In this document: positions 1 through 10,218 of the stretch, in pieces
Layout: each line of letters begins with the position of its first letter
Numbering within the stretch: the first letter of the stretch is position 1
IMG/VR virus record: IMGVR_UViG_3300044213_000170
Span: 32,001 to 96,000 of that record
Direction: 5' to 3' (one strand)
From: a virus
Length of the DNA stretch: 64,000 nt
Notes under the pieces: model-generated
What the model was told of the DNA's origin: nothing
Database searches by the model: none
Seen by the model: the letters and a program-made list of their open reading frames with translations, nothing else
Translations under genes and position numbers: made by a program

Positions 1-98
1 TCCACTTTAATTTCTTCGTACGAAATATTTTTTAATTTAAGAAGATTTTTTGCTTGATCGCAAAAAGGGCAATTGTTTTTTGAATAAATTGTTATCAC
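1..98 (-). CDS. glutaredoxin (runs off window edge)
   Basis: Manual translation from GTG at 98: MITIYSKNNCPFCDQAKNLLKLKNISYEEIKV; CPFC motif; AAGGA RBS; follows nrdB. Confidence 0.9.
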   Translation of the reverse strand, partial: MITIYSKNNCPFCDQAKNLLKLKNISYEEIKV

Positions 99-142
99 GT
101 GTTAATTCCTTATTATGTAATTAGTGTAAAATGTCGCCGCAA

Positions 143-1246
143 TTAAATTTCAGGAAGTTCATCATAATTAAGTTGATCGGTCATAACACCAATTACATAA
201 TTAGTGCTTTCATTTTCTTGCAATGCGGTTTGTTTTTTACTAGTATCACTATGTTTATTAAACCAAGGGATAGGTGTATTCTTTGGTGCAGGTAAATGAT
301 ATTTAATACCGATTTCTTTTAATGCCGTCGCTGCAGTATAATCTACAAACTCTTTAAGAATAGACGGCCCTAATCCAATAACCGGACCTTTATGGAACAA
401 ATAATCGGCCCACTCTTTCTCCTCACGAATAACATCTAAATACATGGCATACACTTCGTCTTTACATTCTTGTGCAACCCTAGCAAACCTAGCATCTTCT
501 TTTACTACTTGATTAATAATATATGCCGTCCACCCCTTATGCAACATTTCATCCTGAAGAATTAAACTAATAATATTGCCATTACCGATAAAAATCTTAT
601 TTTCTACCATTGCCAAACTTGTAGCAAATGATACCATAAATCTAAAGGCTTCTAATGCATAACTAGCATTAAGAGCCAACCAGATTGCTTTAATGTGGGA
701 TTCCTCACTGACGGTTCTTGGAGATACTTCTTTAAAACAATTTAGTTGATGCAAGTCGTCATAATACTTACCAACACTACTAGCCATGTTTACGATTTCT
801 TGTGTGTCATGTATAGTATTGAATACCGCTTTTGGTACATTATAAATGTTACGAATGATGTGACTATAACTGCGACTATGAATATTTGTTTCAAAGAATG
901 TCCAATTATATACAAGTGCTTCTAATTCTGGTAAACTTACAACAGGTGTAAAGATTTGACTGGGACCGCGACCTTGCAAACTGTCTAATGCTGTTTGACG
1001 TAATAGGTTGCTAGTGAAGATATGTCTAACTGTATCACTAGCATCCTTGAAGTCGCCGGCGTCTTTAGTTAAACTGATTTCTTCCGGAACCCAAAAGAAT
1101 CCACGTGCGGTTTGTTCAAAGTCAGCGATTTTTTTATATTTCACCTCTTCAAACCTTTGTATTACCACCGGTCCTTCGGGATCCAAAAACATTTTTCTTG
1201 TTAGATAGTTTGGATTTTTTGACAAATCATATTGTGCTCTACTCAT
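143..1246 (-). CDS. nrdB: class Ia ribonucleotide reductase beta subunit
   Basis: FFWVPEE, ETNIHSRSY, EAFRFMVSF and DEMLH di-iron/tyrosyl motifs; C-terminal QENESTNY. Confidence 0.97.
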   Translation of the reverse strand: MSRAQYDLSKNPNYLTRKMFLDPEGPVVIQRFEEVKYKKIADFEQTARGFFWVPEEISLTKDAGDFKDASDTVRHIFTSNLLRQTALDSLQGRGPSQIFTPVVSLPELEALVYNWTFFETNIHSRSYSHIIRNIYNVPKAVFNTIHDTQEIVNMASSVGKYYDDLHQLNCFKEVSPRTVSEESHIKAIWLALNASYALEAFRFMVSFATSLAMVENKIFIGNGNIISLILQDEMLHKGWTAYIINQVVKEDARFARVAQECKDEVYAMYLDVIREEKEWADYLFHKGPVIGLGPSILKEFVDYTAATALKEIGIKYHLPAPKNTPIPWFNKHSDTSKKQTALQENESTNYVIGVMTDQLNYDELPEI

Positions 1247-1254
1247 TTATTTCC

Positions 1255-1944
1255 TTATTGATGTTTATGGAATCTAGATAATCCCATATTATTAGTTTCT
1301 TTTTGACACACTACGCAAGATACTCTGGTTCGGGCAGGATTATTATTTATAAAGTAACATTCGCCATTTTCAATCTGTTCTTTCATCCATTCTGAGTGCT
1401 TAATACCATGTTGCTTCTTCCACTCAGGATCAATGAAATGATGCGTACCTGCCTTAACTCTATCAGATGCCACACTGGTGCCGTCAGGGCGTTTTAGTAA
1501 ATTATGTTTTCCCTCCGCAACTAACCTTTTAGTTACCTTACCACCTAAGTTTGCTTTTGGAGGATCATTGACAAAATTGTGCGTCCCATTATCTATTCTT
1601 TTCTGTGCATTTTCTTTTCCAGCATCTCTCAGTTTTTCAATGGCAGATTCAGTGTGTTTATATCCAGAATTATTGCCTCTACCACCATTGGTAGAATTTC
1701 TCAGTATCCCCGTACCCAAATCTTTTCGTCCATATTGTTCAATTAGTTCCGATTCATAATCGTATGCTTCTTCTTCATACAAACAATCTCTTAGAATGAC
1801 TATTTTACTTTTATCTTTCGGCAAAAGATTAGTTCCATTCGTTCCCGTATGTGATTTCCATGCTCTATCGTTACTGCCCTTACCAATGTAATAAGGTGTT
1901 AGGTCTTCTCGTAGATATGCGTAAACATAAAATATATTTTCCAT
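1255..1944 (-). mobile_element. free-standing GIY-YIG homing endonuclease between nrdA and nrdB
   Basis: YVYAY...YYIGKG...R, E...LRN; NUMOD-like HTESAIEKL and GxHxF repeats. Confidence 0.85.
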
Positions 1945-2003
1945 TATTTCTCCTAATGCATAATACTATTTATCATTTACGCTTCATATCGTTGAATAGT
2001 TAC

Positions 2004-3017
2004 TCAAAGTTTGCATGCCTCACAATCTTCCATGTCGTCAAAATCAATGACTTCTGGTGGTGCTTCAATATCATCTTGTACTTTGGCTCCCTGCTTATTA
2101 ATAAGTGAGTAATAAAAAGTTTTGGTTCCGTAATAATGTGCCATCATCAAGTTTTTAGCAACCAATGTCGTTGGAACTTTTCTGTCAGGAAAATGTGCCG
2201 GATTGTAGAAAGTATTTACAGATATTGCCTGATCAACATATGCTTGTAATACAGCCGATGTTTTTAGATACCCGACACAATCTGTTTGATCCCACATCAA
2301 TTGATATTTGTTTTTCAATTTGTGATATTCTGGAACAACTTGTGTAAATGATCCTGCTTTGCTTTCTTTAACTGTAATTAAACTCATTGGCATTTCTATG
2401 CCGTTAGTGCTATTAATAACGACACTACTAGATTCTACAGGAGCAATCGCCATTTGTGTAGCATTACGGACACCATATTCTTTCATCTGAATTCTCAGTG
2501 ATTCCCAATCCAATTCCGGTGCAAAGTTTGCTAGTTCATTTACACCTGCGGCACGTACTTCCCACGGGAATGTACCTTGTCCATATCTAGTTTTGTCACT
2601 GTCTAAACATTTACCACGCTCTTTTGCTAACTCAACCGATGCCTCTGTTAAATAGTAGGCTTGATGTTCCATCCAAGTTTTTACATCTTGCAACGCATCT
2701 TTATCACCATACTTATAATCTCGCTTGGCGTGCCAATACGCTAAGTTAGTGACACCAATACCTAGCGGACGGATTTCGTCATTGCTTAATTTACTTTGGA
2801 TACTTAGAAAATCTTGATAGTCCAAAATATTATTGAGACTGCGGTGAAGAATACGACAGGCACGACGCATATCTTCCGGGTTACGGAAGGCACCCCAATT
2901 GATAGAGCCGAGTGTGCAAAGAGCCACTCTGCCCTCCGCTTCATCAATCTCAAAATATTCGTATTCATCATCTAACTCTTCGGGTAGATATTCTATTTCT
3001 TCATATAGTTCGTTCAT
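2004..3017 (-). CDS. nrdA: ribonucleotide reductase alpha subunit, C-terminal fragment (NrdA-b)
   Basis: ALCTLGSIN, RPLGIG, AIAPVESSS, KTFYY, terminal CEAC; extra acidic 26-aa N-terminus. Confidence 0.95.
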   Translation of the reverse strand: MNELYEEIEYLPEELDDEYEYFEIDEAEGRVALCTLGSINWGAFRNPEDMRRACRILHRSLNNILDYQDFLSIQSKLSNDEIRPLGIGVTNLAYWHAKRDYKYGDKDALQDVKTWMEHQAYYLTEASVELAKERGKCLDSDKTRYGQGTFPWEVRAAGVNELANFAPELDWESLRIQMKEYGVRNATQMAIAPVESSSVVINSTNGIEMPMSLITVKESKAGSFTQVVPEYHKLKNKYQLMWDQTDCVGYLKTSAVLQAYVDQAISVNTFYNPAHFPDRKVPTTLVAKNLMMAHYYGTKTFYYSLINKQGAKVQDDIEAPPEVIDFDDMEDCEACKL

Positions 3018-3024
3018 TATTCAT

Positions 3025-4494
3025 CTACCTTATCTTCCTGATGTTAACAATGTCATTTGATTTTGTTTTCATAAACTCGTCTACATTGGACTTTTTAACT
3101 CTAATCAACTTTCGTTCAGAATTCATTCGCTTGAAACTCTTGGTGGGCAAAAGGATTTCGCAACATAAATTCGACTGATAAATCTTATGATATTCAGGAT
3201 CAAACGGACCTTGATTCATTACATTGTCTATGAACACAAGATAGATACGTCCGGTGTCTGTACGTTCTTTTAAAATGCCGCCTTTGAATACTTCTTCTGC
3301 TGACATAACTTTTTTACGCAAGCCCGATTGTTTTTCATATTTTGTATATAATTGTTCAAACAACTGAGTATCTCTGTAAAATGCTTCGTACAAGTCAGGT
3401 ACTTCGTTGGGATCAAAGAAAGTAATATTTTCTTTATTTTTAAAGCGGCGCCAAAAGAAGGCACTTAATACAACGCCATAGTCCATATGACGTACACGTG
3501 TTTCTTCCGTACCTTGATTATTCTTTAGAACGATAAGATCATCAAATTGATGATGCCAAATTGGATAAAATACTGTGGCGCTGGCATTACGTATACCACC
3601 CTGACTACAACTTCGTAGATCGCCGAACCATTTCTTTAAGAATGGTATCATACCTGTATGCATAATTTCCCCGCCACGAATAGGACTACCAAGCGGACGT
3701 AAGCGACCAATCTCTAATCCTATGCCAGCACGTTTGCTGGCATACTTGGCCATCATTTCGCCCGAAGCAAAGATACTATCAAGATCGTCGTCACTGCGAA
3801 TGAGAACACAACTGCTAAACTGTTTAGTTGGAGTTCCAAGGCCAGCAAGCACAGGAGTAGCGAGAGTGAAAAGACCATCGGACGCCGCATGGTAATACTC
3901 TTTAATGTATCGCATCCTTGCTGTGTTAGGTTCTTCTTTGTGAAATACTGTTGCAGCCGCGACCATATATCTAATTTGGGGAGTTTCATATGTTTCCTTA
4001 GTAGCACGATTTCTAACTAGATATTTTTCAATTAACTGTTCAATCGCAGCATAGCTATATTGTTCGTCCTTCTCATGGTCCAACATGGCGTTCATTTTAT
4101 CCCAGTCTTCTTTTGTATACCACTCAAGAAGTTCAGGAGTATATAATCCTACGCTTACATTTTTTTTAACAATCTCATATATGTGTGGTACTTCGTAGTC
4201 GCCGTAGACATCTTTGCGTAACATACTAAGACGTTGTTTACCGGCCACATATTGATAATTTGTATGTCCTACTTCGGGGTTATTTTCTACGTCGATTAAA
4301 TCGACTATAGCTCGCAGTGTTATTTCATCTATTTCTCGTGTAGTGATATTATCATAAAATTGAGGATGACTTTTAATTTCGATCATACTCTGACTTACAT
4401 CTGCTACACCTCTACAAACTTTTTGAACTTGTGCTTGCCACTTTTCAACCGACAATGGTTCTTTATTGCCTGAACGTTTTACTACTTGAATCAT
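3025..4494 (-). CDS. nrdA: ribonucleotide reductase alpha subunit, N-terminal fragment (NrdA-a) with ATP cone
   Basis: VVKRSG ATP cone, ATPVLAG, FSSC, SQGGIRNA, QSNLCCEI; extra basic 33-aa tail. Confidence 0.95.
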   Translation of the reverse strand: MIQVVKRSGNKEPLSVEKWQAQVQKVCRGVADVSQSMIEIKSHPQFYDNITTREIDEITLRAIVDLIDVENNPEVGHTNYQYVAGKQRLSMLRKDVYGDYEVPHIYEIVKKNVSVGLYTPELLEWYTKEDWDKMNAMLDHEKDEQYSYAAIEQLIEKYLVRNRATKETYETPQIRYMVAAATVFHKEEPNTARMRYIKEYYHAASDGLFTLATPVLAGLGTPTKQFSSCVLIRSDDDLDSIFASGEMMAKYASKRAGIGLEIGRLRPLGSPIRGGEIMHTGMIPFLKKWFGDLRSCSQGGIRNASATVFYPIWHHQFDDLIVLKNNQGTEETRVRHMDYGVVLSAFFWRRFKNKENITFFDPNEVPDLYEAFYRDTQLFEQLYTKYEKQSGLRKKVMSAEEVFKGGILKERTDTGRIYLVFIDNVMNQGPFDPEYHKIYQSNLCCEILLPTKSFKRMNSERKLIRVKKSNVDEFMKTKSNDIVNIRKIR

Positions 4495-4514
4495 TTATCT
4501 TGAACCTATACTTA

Positions 4515-4970
4515 TTATATTATTTTATCAAGACCCAAATCCGCTATGGTTATGGTTCTTTTTAATTTTAAGTTTTTATTGACTTGTGCTTTATTTAATA
4601 CCGTGTCATGTTCCATATTAAGAACATATAATCCTTGGTTAACAAAGACTAAATTATACTGTTCATTAGTTGATGGGTCAACAAATATTTTTATTTCTAA
4701 CTCAGGCTTATGTTCGCTTAGATATAAAGTATATACTATACCTAGTGCAATTGCAAGAGTACAGTAATAATTTTCAAAAATTAATTCCCAAGGACCGGGC
4801 CACAGGGAAATATCATCCAAGCTAAGATAATGTTTTTGATATGGAGTATAACTCCACATATGTTCGGTTTCTTTAACTGCATCAGCCAAAGATAAGCCAG
4901 AAATTTTTGTTCTAAATTCTTGCCATAACCGAAGTCGGTGGTATGGCATCTCGTTCCAAAAAGTATTCAA
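4515..4970 (-). CDS. hypothetical protein
   Basis: 151-aa ORF in operon. Confidence 0.6.
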   Translation of the reverse strand: MNTFWNEMPYHRLRLWQEFRTKISGLSLADAVKETEHMWSYTPYQKHYLSLDDISLWPGPWELIFENYYCTLAIALGIVYTLYLSEHKPELEIKIFVDPSTNEQYNLVFVNQGLYVLNMEHDTVLNKAQVNKNLKLKRTITIADLGLDKII

Positions 4971-4973
4971 TTT

Positions 4974-5522
4974 TTACCAGGTAAAATCAGATTTTGTAAA
5001 TTTCATATCTGCCGAATTACCGGCAGTTGTTGTTGCTACCAGCACCGCAGTGTTACCATGCATCACTGCCCCTAATATAATACCTATATTAGTGGATTCA
5101 ACATAGTCATCTCTGGTTGAAACATAAGTACCATTATGTGCAATAAAAAAATTCCCTGCTCTAAAATCAGAGTCACGTTTGATTGTATAATTTATAACTG
5201 CGGCAGGTTCATCAATCCCGAATGATACCGGTATGGTATTGACAGTCACATTGGCTAGTGTTACCCCTGCACTGATGCTATCAGTGTTTTGTTGGACATT
5301 GGCACCATAGTAAATGTTCACATTGGCATTACCGCTAGTAATATCCTGCTGTGTAATCACCTTAACTATGGACCCAGGATTAACTGCCTCAGGATCGGAC
5401 CCTACACCGATATATAATTCATGTGTATCTACACACCAGCCGAATTCGCCACCGTCTAATTGCGATAAATCGTCCTTGATACCCCTACGAGTTTTAACTT
5501 TGCTAATCTGTGTTACGGCCAT
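4974..5522 (-). CDS. virion/tail protein with Mtd_N-like N-terminal domain
   Basis: RRG...LDGGEFGWCVDTHELYIG motif; TAAATA upstream. Confidence 0.7.
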   Translation of the reverse strand: MAVTQISKVKTRRGIKDDLSQLDGGEFGWCVDTHELYIGVGSDPEAVNPGSIVKVITQQDITSGNANVNIYYGANVQQNTDSISAGVTLANVTVNTIPVSFGIDEPAAVINYTIKRDSDFRAGNFFIAHNGTYVSTRDDYVESTNIGIILGAVMHGNTAVLVATTTAGNSADMKFTKSDFTW

Positions 5523-5547
5523 TTTTTTATTACCTTAATAGTTATAT

Positions 5548-6231
5548 TTATAGTGATTGATAATACTGTTCTACTCTTGCGAGCCAGTTTTCTGTCCACA
5601 TCGAAAATTCGTCACCCTCAATGACAAATTCTTGGTAATTACAATCGGCACTGCACATTAAAATAACACCTTGATTTATAGTTGTACCATATGTTTCATT
5701 ATGCGCCAATGCATACGCAGTCAGCTGAAGAAAATAATCCTCAATCCATTCGCGTTTTTTAAGTTTATTTGTTTGTTTAAAGTCTAAAATTGCTGGGTTT
5801 CCACGCCATTCGGCAATACAATCTGTTGTGCCCGCATACAATCCTTTACAGTATAAAGGAATCTCTACCCCCCAATATTCAGTGACATTTTTGCCTAATC
5901 CGTCAAAAATGATAGTATTGGCCATACTGTGACTTTGTTTACTAAAAGGATTAGATCCGGGTTGGCCCAAGAATCCATCTTTAATATAGTCTTCAAGCCA
6001 TTTGTGCATTCTGGTGCCACGCCCGGCAGCTTCAGCTGTTATTTCTTTTGCTTTTACTTCGCCTACACGTTTACGCCACTGTTGCAACGCATCTCGTTTT
6101 TCTTGAGGTTTAGTAGCGTCTAGAATAGTTGTGACAGACGGCAAGGCTTCACCGTCCGGAGTTAGATAAACCCGTTTACCATTACGAGACTCTCGTATCA
6201 TTGATTTATATGTAAATTTATTGGTTATCAT
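5548..6231 (-). CDS. PD-(D/E)XK exonuclease
   Basis: LPSVTTIL, GTRMH, YAGTTD, LDFKQ, YFLQLTAY. Confidence 0.88.
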   Translation of the reverse strand: MITNKFTYKSMIRESRNGKRVYLTPDGEALPSVTTILDATKPQEKRDALQQWRKRVGEVKAKEITAEAAGRGTRMHKWLEDYIKDGFLGQPGSNPFSKQSHSMANTIIFDGLGKNVTEYWGVEIPLYCKGLYAGTTDCIAEWRGNPAILDFKQTNKLKKREWIEDYFLQLTAYALAHNETYGTTINQGVILMCSADCNYQEFVIEGDEFSMWTENWLARVEQYYQSL

Positions 6232-7027
6232 AATATCTTGTATATTGAGTTAACATTTTTTGTTTAAAATATTCTTGTGTTTTTTTACCAGGATGTTGAC
6301 CATCTCTTGCCAAGTCAATTGACTGAAAAAATTCTTTCAAGCCGGCAGGAGAAGGTAGCTTTGCGTCTTCTTGATTTTTATTAAAATCTAATAACTGTTC
6401 TGCATCTTCCGAAAATACTGCCTTTACGCCATAAACGTTTGCTAATAAATTTACCATTAATTTATTTTTATGCAGCCTATGTGTGGCGTGCGGGTCGCTT
6501 AATAGATCAATTGACTCCCCTATCTTGCTCCACGGGCCCAGGAATTCGAACCTATTAAATTTTGCTCCAAAATCTCCCTTTGTTAATACTTCAAATCTCG
6601 CTGCACTCGGCCATAATATAAAAACGAATTCCGGGTTAAAGTATGGTATCGTATTTGCAGCCAGTCTGGCAATTGTATCCGAACTAGCACCAGGAAGACC
6701 GAAATTATAAATGGTATGAGTTGGAAACTCTTTTTCTAATAGCACAGGCCACGGCTCGTCTACTCCGACACCTTCAGTAAAGCTGCATCCAAAGCACAAA
6801 ATGGTGTTAGTTAACTCGACGAACTCGTGTGTTCGCCATCCATACGTATTAAATCTATATTCAAAAGAATCGGGCGTGTAGTCGGGTTCGATGCCTTTCG
6901 ATGCACAGTTAGATAGATATTTTTTAAAATTTTTAAGATTATCGGTTCCGGACCAAGTCGAAACCACAGGTTTTGATATGTGCTCTTGTTTTTTAGGTAT
7001 TACCCCTAATTCGAATTTATTTTCCAT
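6218..7027 (-). CDS. SGNH-like hydrolase-fold protein
   Basis: FGCSFTEG, NFGLPGAS, DGQHPG. Confidence 0.6.
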   Translation of the reverse strand: MENKFELGVIPKKQEHISKPVVSTWSGTDNLKNFKKYLSNCASKGIEPDYTPDSFEYRFNTYGWRTHEFVELTNTILCFGCSFTEGVGVDEPWPVLLEKEFPTHTIYNFGLPGASSDTIARLAANTIPYFNPEFVFILWPSAARFEVLTKGDFGAKFNRFEFLGPWSKIGESIDLLSDPHATHRLHKNKLMVNLLANVYGVKAVFSEDAEQLLDFNKNQEDAKLPSPAGLKEFFQSIDLARDGQHPGKKTQEYFKQKMLTQYTRYYDNQ

Positions 7028-7655
7028 TATGCTTGGTCGACTGTTTTATTTTATTTGCCGCTATCTCTTTGTTGGAGATATCATAATTCTTTAAGAATAA
7101 AAAAGGATTTAAGTTTTTAACCCATTTACTTTGCAAGAGTTGAATTTTGCTTAATAAGTTGTGTTGTTCAACAAAAAAGTCATTTGTATATTCAAGTGTA
7201 GTAGGTTTAGGTAATTCTACCCGACTGGTAATTTCTAATCCATCACGTTCAACAATTCGCAGACCAAATTTTGTTGCAAGGTGTTGAATTTTTTTGTTTT
7301 GAGTAATACAGTGCATGAATACATTATCAATGCCGTGTAACTTGGCCCAGGCAATCATATACTTCATTAATTCTCCGGCCACACCTTTGCCTTGAGATAT
7401 AGCATCTACACTTACTGCCAGTTCCCAATCATTTCCAAATTTTGCCAAATGTCCAAATCCTATTATTTCTTCGGAGTCGATCGCACAAAATAAATGGTGG
7501 TCTTGTTGGTTATACAAAATATTTAATATTAGAGCATCAATTTGATGATCGGTTATGTTGTGACAAAATCGAGTGTATTTGTCATCGGCTGGAAGATTTT
7601 TTAAATGTAAACCATACACAGCCAAAACGTCGATTGATTTATGTTGAATTTTCAT
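7017..7655 (-). CDS. GNAT acetyltransferase
   Basis: ELAVSV...QGKGVAGELM acetyl-CoA motif A. Confidence 0.8.
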   Translation of the reverse strand: MKIQHKSIDVLAVYGLHLKNLPADDKYTRFCHNITDHQIDALILNILYNQQDHHLFCAIDSEEIIGFGHLAKFGNDWELAVSVDAISQGKGVAGELMKYMIAWAKLHGIDNVFMHCITQNKKIQHLATKFGLRIVERDGLEITSRVELPKPTTLEYTNDFFVEQHNLLSKIQLLQSKWVKNLNPFLFLKNYDISNKEIAANKIKQSTKHNGK

Positions 7656-7713
7656 AGATGAAGAATATAGTGGGTACCATTGGTGCCCACTTGTGTAATT
7701 ATAAAATATTTAT

Positions 7714-8097
7714 TTAACTTTGTCTACGTTTCAAGGCGCTTTTGGCCATATTAGAAACCGTTTGTGCAGGATTATCCACAGATGTACCGGATGACTCGGA
7801 ATCCTGTGTATTACTGACATTTGAGTAACTATGAGTAACAAACACTATTTCGTTCGGAGTAATTTGTTTAATGATGTTTTTCATAGCCGGAATCTCGTCA
7901 TTCGCAGCCATTAAATCTTCTAAACTAAAACTCGATGCTCCAGTATTTTGAATAAGGCGGACAACAAATTGAACGGGCAATTTGGATTTTAATTCGCCTT
8001 GATCTATTTTACTCTTAATAAGGCTAAGAGCGGTGATAACATTACTATGTACATCACCGTCTTCATTGACTGTATCGAGGAAGTCGTTTGCTCGCAT
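7714..8097 (-). CDS. hypothetical (probable virion) protein
   Basis: 127-aa ORF coupled to upstream gene. Confidence 0.6.
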   Translation of the reverse strand: MRANDFLDTVNEDGDVHSNVITALSLIKSKIDQGELKSKLPVQFVVRLIQNTGASSFSLEDLMAANDEIPAMKNIIKQITPNEIVFVTHSYSNVSNTQDSESSGTSVDNPAQTVSNMAKSALKRRQS

Positions 8098-8783
8098 TAA
8101 CGACGCTCACGACCTAATTCTTCTTCGCCGCCCGCTGCTGCGTCAGAAGTTGCAAAACCATCATCATCATGATCAAAATCGTCTTCAGGAGCAGGTAACT
8201 CACCGCCAGGTGCAGATAAGTCAGCACCCGAATCGGCACCGCCCATAGCCATCGGCTCAGCAATTTGTTCACCGGCTAATGCACGACTACCCTGATCTAA
8301 ATTGTCACGTGCGCCATTTAATGCATCCATTAAACCTTGTAATGCTGCGGTTGCTGTACCTTTAAACTGATCGGCTTGAGCTGTGCCCAATTGGTCACGG
8401 ATACTATCTAACAATGGAGGTAATTGTTCATTTAACATTTTACTAGCGTCGCTGATCATATCTTGAATGCTGTCCACCATATCTTTAGCGGCCAACACTG
8501 CTTCTGCTGTTTCCAATTCTCCTTCAGTTAAGACATTATTATCTACTAACCAAGCATCAATTCCTTCCTTGACCATGAACATTTCCATATATTTAGGATT
8601 TTGCTCAGCAGTATGAATGCCATAACTTTTACGGATTTTATTCAGACTTTCTTCTAATGCAATGCTTAAGCGTTGCGCTTTAGCATAAGTCATATTTTTA
8701 TAATCAACGGAGAATCCAAAGCGACTTTCCATTACTTTGTTCAAACGTTTTGTTGCCTTAGGGGCTAATTCTTTTAAATTCAT
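8097..8783 (-). CDS. hypothetical protein, possible head core/scaffold
   Basis: Helical, acidic C-terminus, LTE motif. Confidence 0.5.
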   Translation of the reverse strand: MNLKELAPKATKRLNKVMESRFGFSVDYKNMTYAKAQRLSIALEESLNKIRKSYGIHTAEQNPKYMEMFMVKEGIDAWLVDNNVLTEGELETAEAVLAAKDMVDSIQDMISDASKMLNEQLPPLLDSIRDQLGTAQADQFKGTATAALQGLMDALNGARDNLDQGSRALAGEQIAEPMAMGGADSGADLSAPGGELPAPEDDFDHDDDGFATSDAAAGGEEELGRERR

Positions 8784-9295
8784 ATTAAGGTATCCCAGAT
8801 TTTATTATATTTAGCCGTTGTTAGAATTTTTGTAAATTCTGATTCTGCATTTTTTAACCTATAATAAGCTAGTTGAAATTTAGCTAATCGTATGTTATGT
8901 TCGACTTCGTCAGCATTTGCGTGATTTCTAATTCTATGTGCTAATATGATATAATCGGCACGCGACTTTGCTAATTCTAAGTCGGCTGATAATAATCTAG
9001 TAGATCTGGTAAATTTATGCAGTTTTTCGTAAGCCGAGTAGTAAATTGCTATTTGTTTATTCTGAAAATGATGTACTAACTTATCATCATTATATACTTT
9101 AGCTGTGCCGTCTTGTTGGATTTTAATATCAAAATTGCCAATACCATAATGTTGTTTGGAATATTCGATGCAAAATGCTTGCGGTTTGTTTTTTATTTTT
9201 GCGAGTTCGCTTTTGGCCCAGTTTTCTACTTGTTCAACTGGCAACTTTTTTGCTATTAATTTAGTGAGTTTTTCTTTTATAAACGACACAGCCAT
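8780..9295 (-). CDS. hypothetical protein
   Basis: 171-aa ORF in operon. Confidence 0.55.
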   Translation of the reverse strand: MAVSFIKEKLTKLIAKKLPVEQVENWAKSELAKIKNKPQAFCIEYSKQHYGIGNFDIKIQQDGTAKVYNDDKLVHHFQNKQIAIYYSAYEKLHKFTRSTRLLSADLELAKSRADYIILAHRIRNHANADEVEHNIRLAKFQLAYYRLKNAESEFTKILTTAKYNKIWDTLI

Positions 9296-9473
9296 TTTCT
9301 TTAACCCTTGTTAGTACATTCTTATTTACTAAATTGCTGGCCATGAGTTGTTGTCTTTGATCCAAGTCGCGCTTGAGCACAACCGGAGTGTGTTCGTCAA
9401 ACTTCAATAACAGATCTGATTCTTCGTTTGTGATTGCTACAGATAAACCGTGTGTTATTTCTAATATCTTCAT
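9261..9473 (-). CDS. hypothetical protein
   Basis: 70-aa ORF, MKILEI start. Confidence 0.55.
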   Translation of the reverse strand: MKILEITHGLSVAITNEESDLLLKFDEHTPVVLKRDLDQRQQLMASNLVNKNVLTRVKENGCVVYKRKTH

Positions 9474-9730
9474 TTATTGACTAAATTAATTAATAATGTG
9501 ATGATTGCTGTAAACATTACCCCCAAAATTGCTGTACCAATAGTTACTAATCTGCTATCAAATCCATTTGCTTTGTTAGATACGGTATCTTTGATTTCTA
9601 ATAAATGCGATTCAACAACGACCAATCTATGATCTAGTTGTTCGAGTTTATTTTCCAATTGTTTGTACCTTTCTGCACATAACTCAACATGCGCTTCTAG
9701 GTTCTCTTTCTCAATGTTGGTGGTAGCCAT
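9470..9730 (-). CDS. coiled-coil protein with C-terminal membrane helix
   Basis: LEAHVELCAERY coiled coil then hydrophobic segment. Confidence 0.6.
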   Translation of the reverse strand: MATTNIEKENLEAHVELCAERYKQLENKLEQLDHRLVVVESHLLEIKDTVSNKANGFDSRLVTIGTAILGVMFTAIITLLINLVNK

Positions 9731-9858
9731 TTAAATCTCTCTTCAATGAAAGATGCTGTGAATCCTTTGCCTGTGTGTGCCATGAAAAAGTGCCTGAATA
9801 TGCCGTGAGCATCAAATATATTTAGTTTTTGTTACTAATTGTAAAACTATGTTTTATT

Positions 9859-9893
9859 AAAAAAGTAAGGCAGCAAATGCCGCCTTACTTTTT
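9859..9893. terminator. bidirectional intrinsic terminator
   Basis: AAAAAAGTAAGGC...GCCTTACTTTTT. Confidence 0.75.
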
Positions 9894-9911
9894 ACTAATA
9901 TTAAATGGATA

Positions 9912-10166
9912 TTAAGCGAATGCTAAACCACTTAATTGAACTTCTGTCCAACCATCTGCTGATGTAAAGTTCTCAACACCACAAGTTACACCAGCTGCTG
10001 TTGGTGTTCCGATGATTGTAATCGATACTTGTGCTTGTAAAACTTGAATAGCTGCTTCAAAGTTAGCATGTACGCTCATGTCGCCTGTGTGTTGAACCCA
10101 GTGAATGTCGCGACCTACTTGTTCCATTGGTGCTACAGCACCGTTTACTCTTGCAAATACTGCCAT
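9912..10166 (-). CDS. small probable virion protein
   Basis: 84 aa, AAGGAAAAG RBS, TAAATA upstream, own terminator. Confidence 0.6.
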   Translation of the reverse strand: MAVFARVNGAVAPMEQVGRDIHWVQHTGDMSVHANFEAAIQVLQAQVSITIIGTPTAAGVTCGVENFTSADGWTEVQLSGLAFA

Positions 10167-10218
10167 TTTCTTTTCCTTTAATGTTTAGCACCTAAAGTGC
10201 ATAATAATATTTATACCT

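Noticed and set aside
3018-3027. TAG read-through, intron or intein joining the nrdA halves
   Set aside because: The 7-nt gap changes frame, read-through soon meets TGA, and there are no intein blocks and no room for an intron.
4974-5522. Diversity-generating retroelement target (Mtd-like)
   Set aside because: Only the N-terminal structural motif is present; no template/variable repeat pair or reverse transcriptase was seen.
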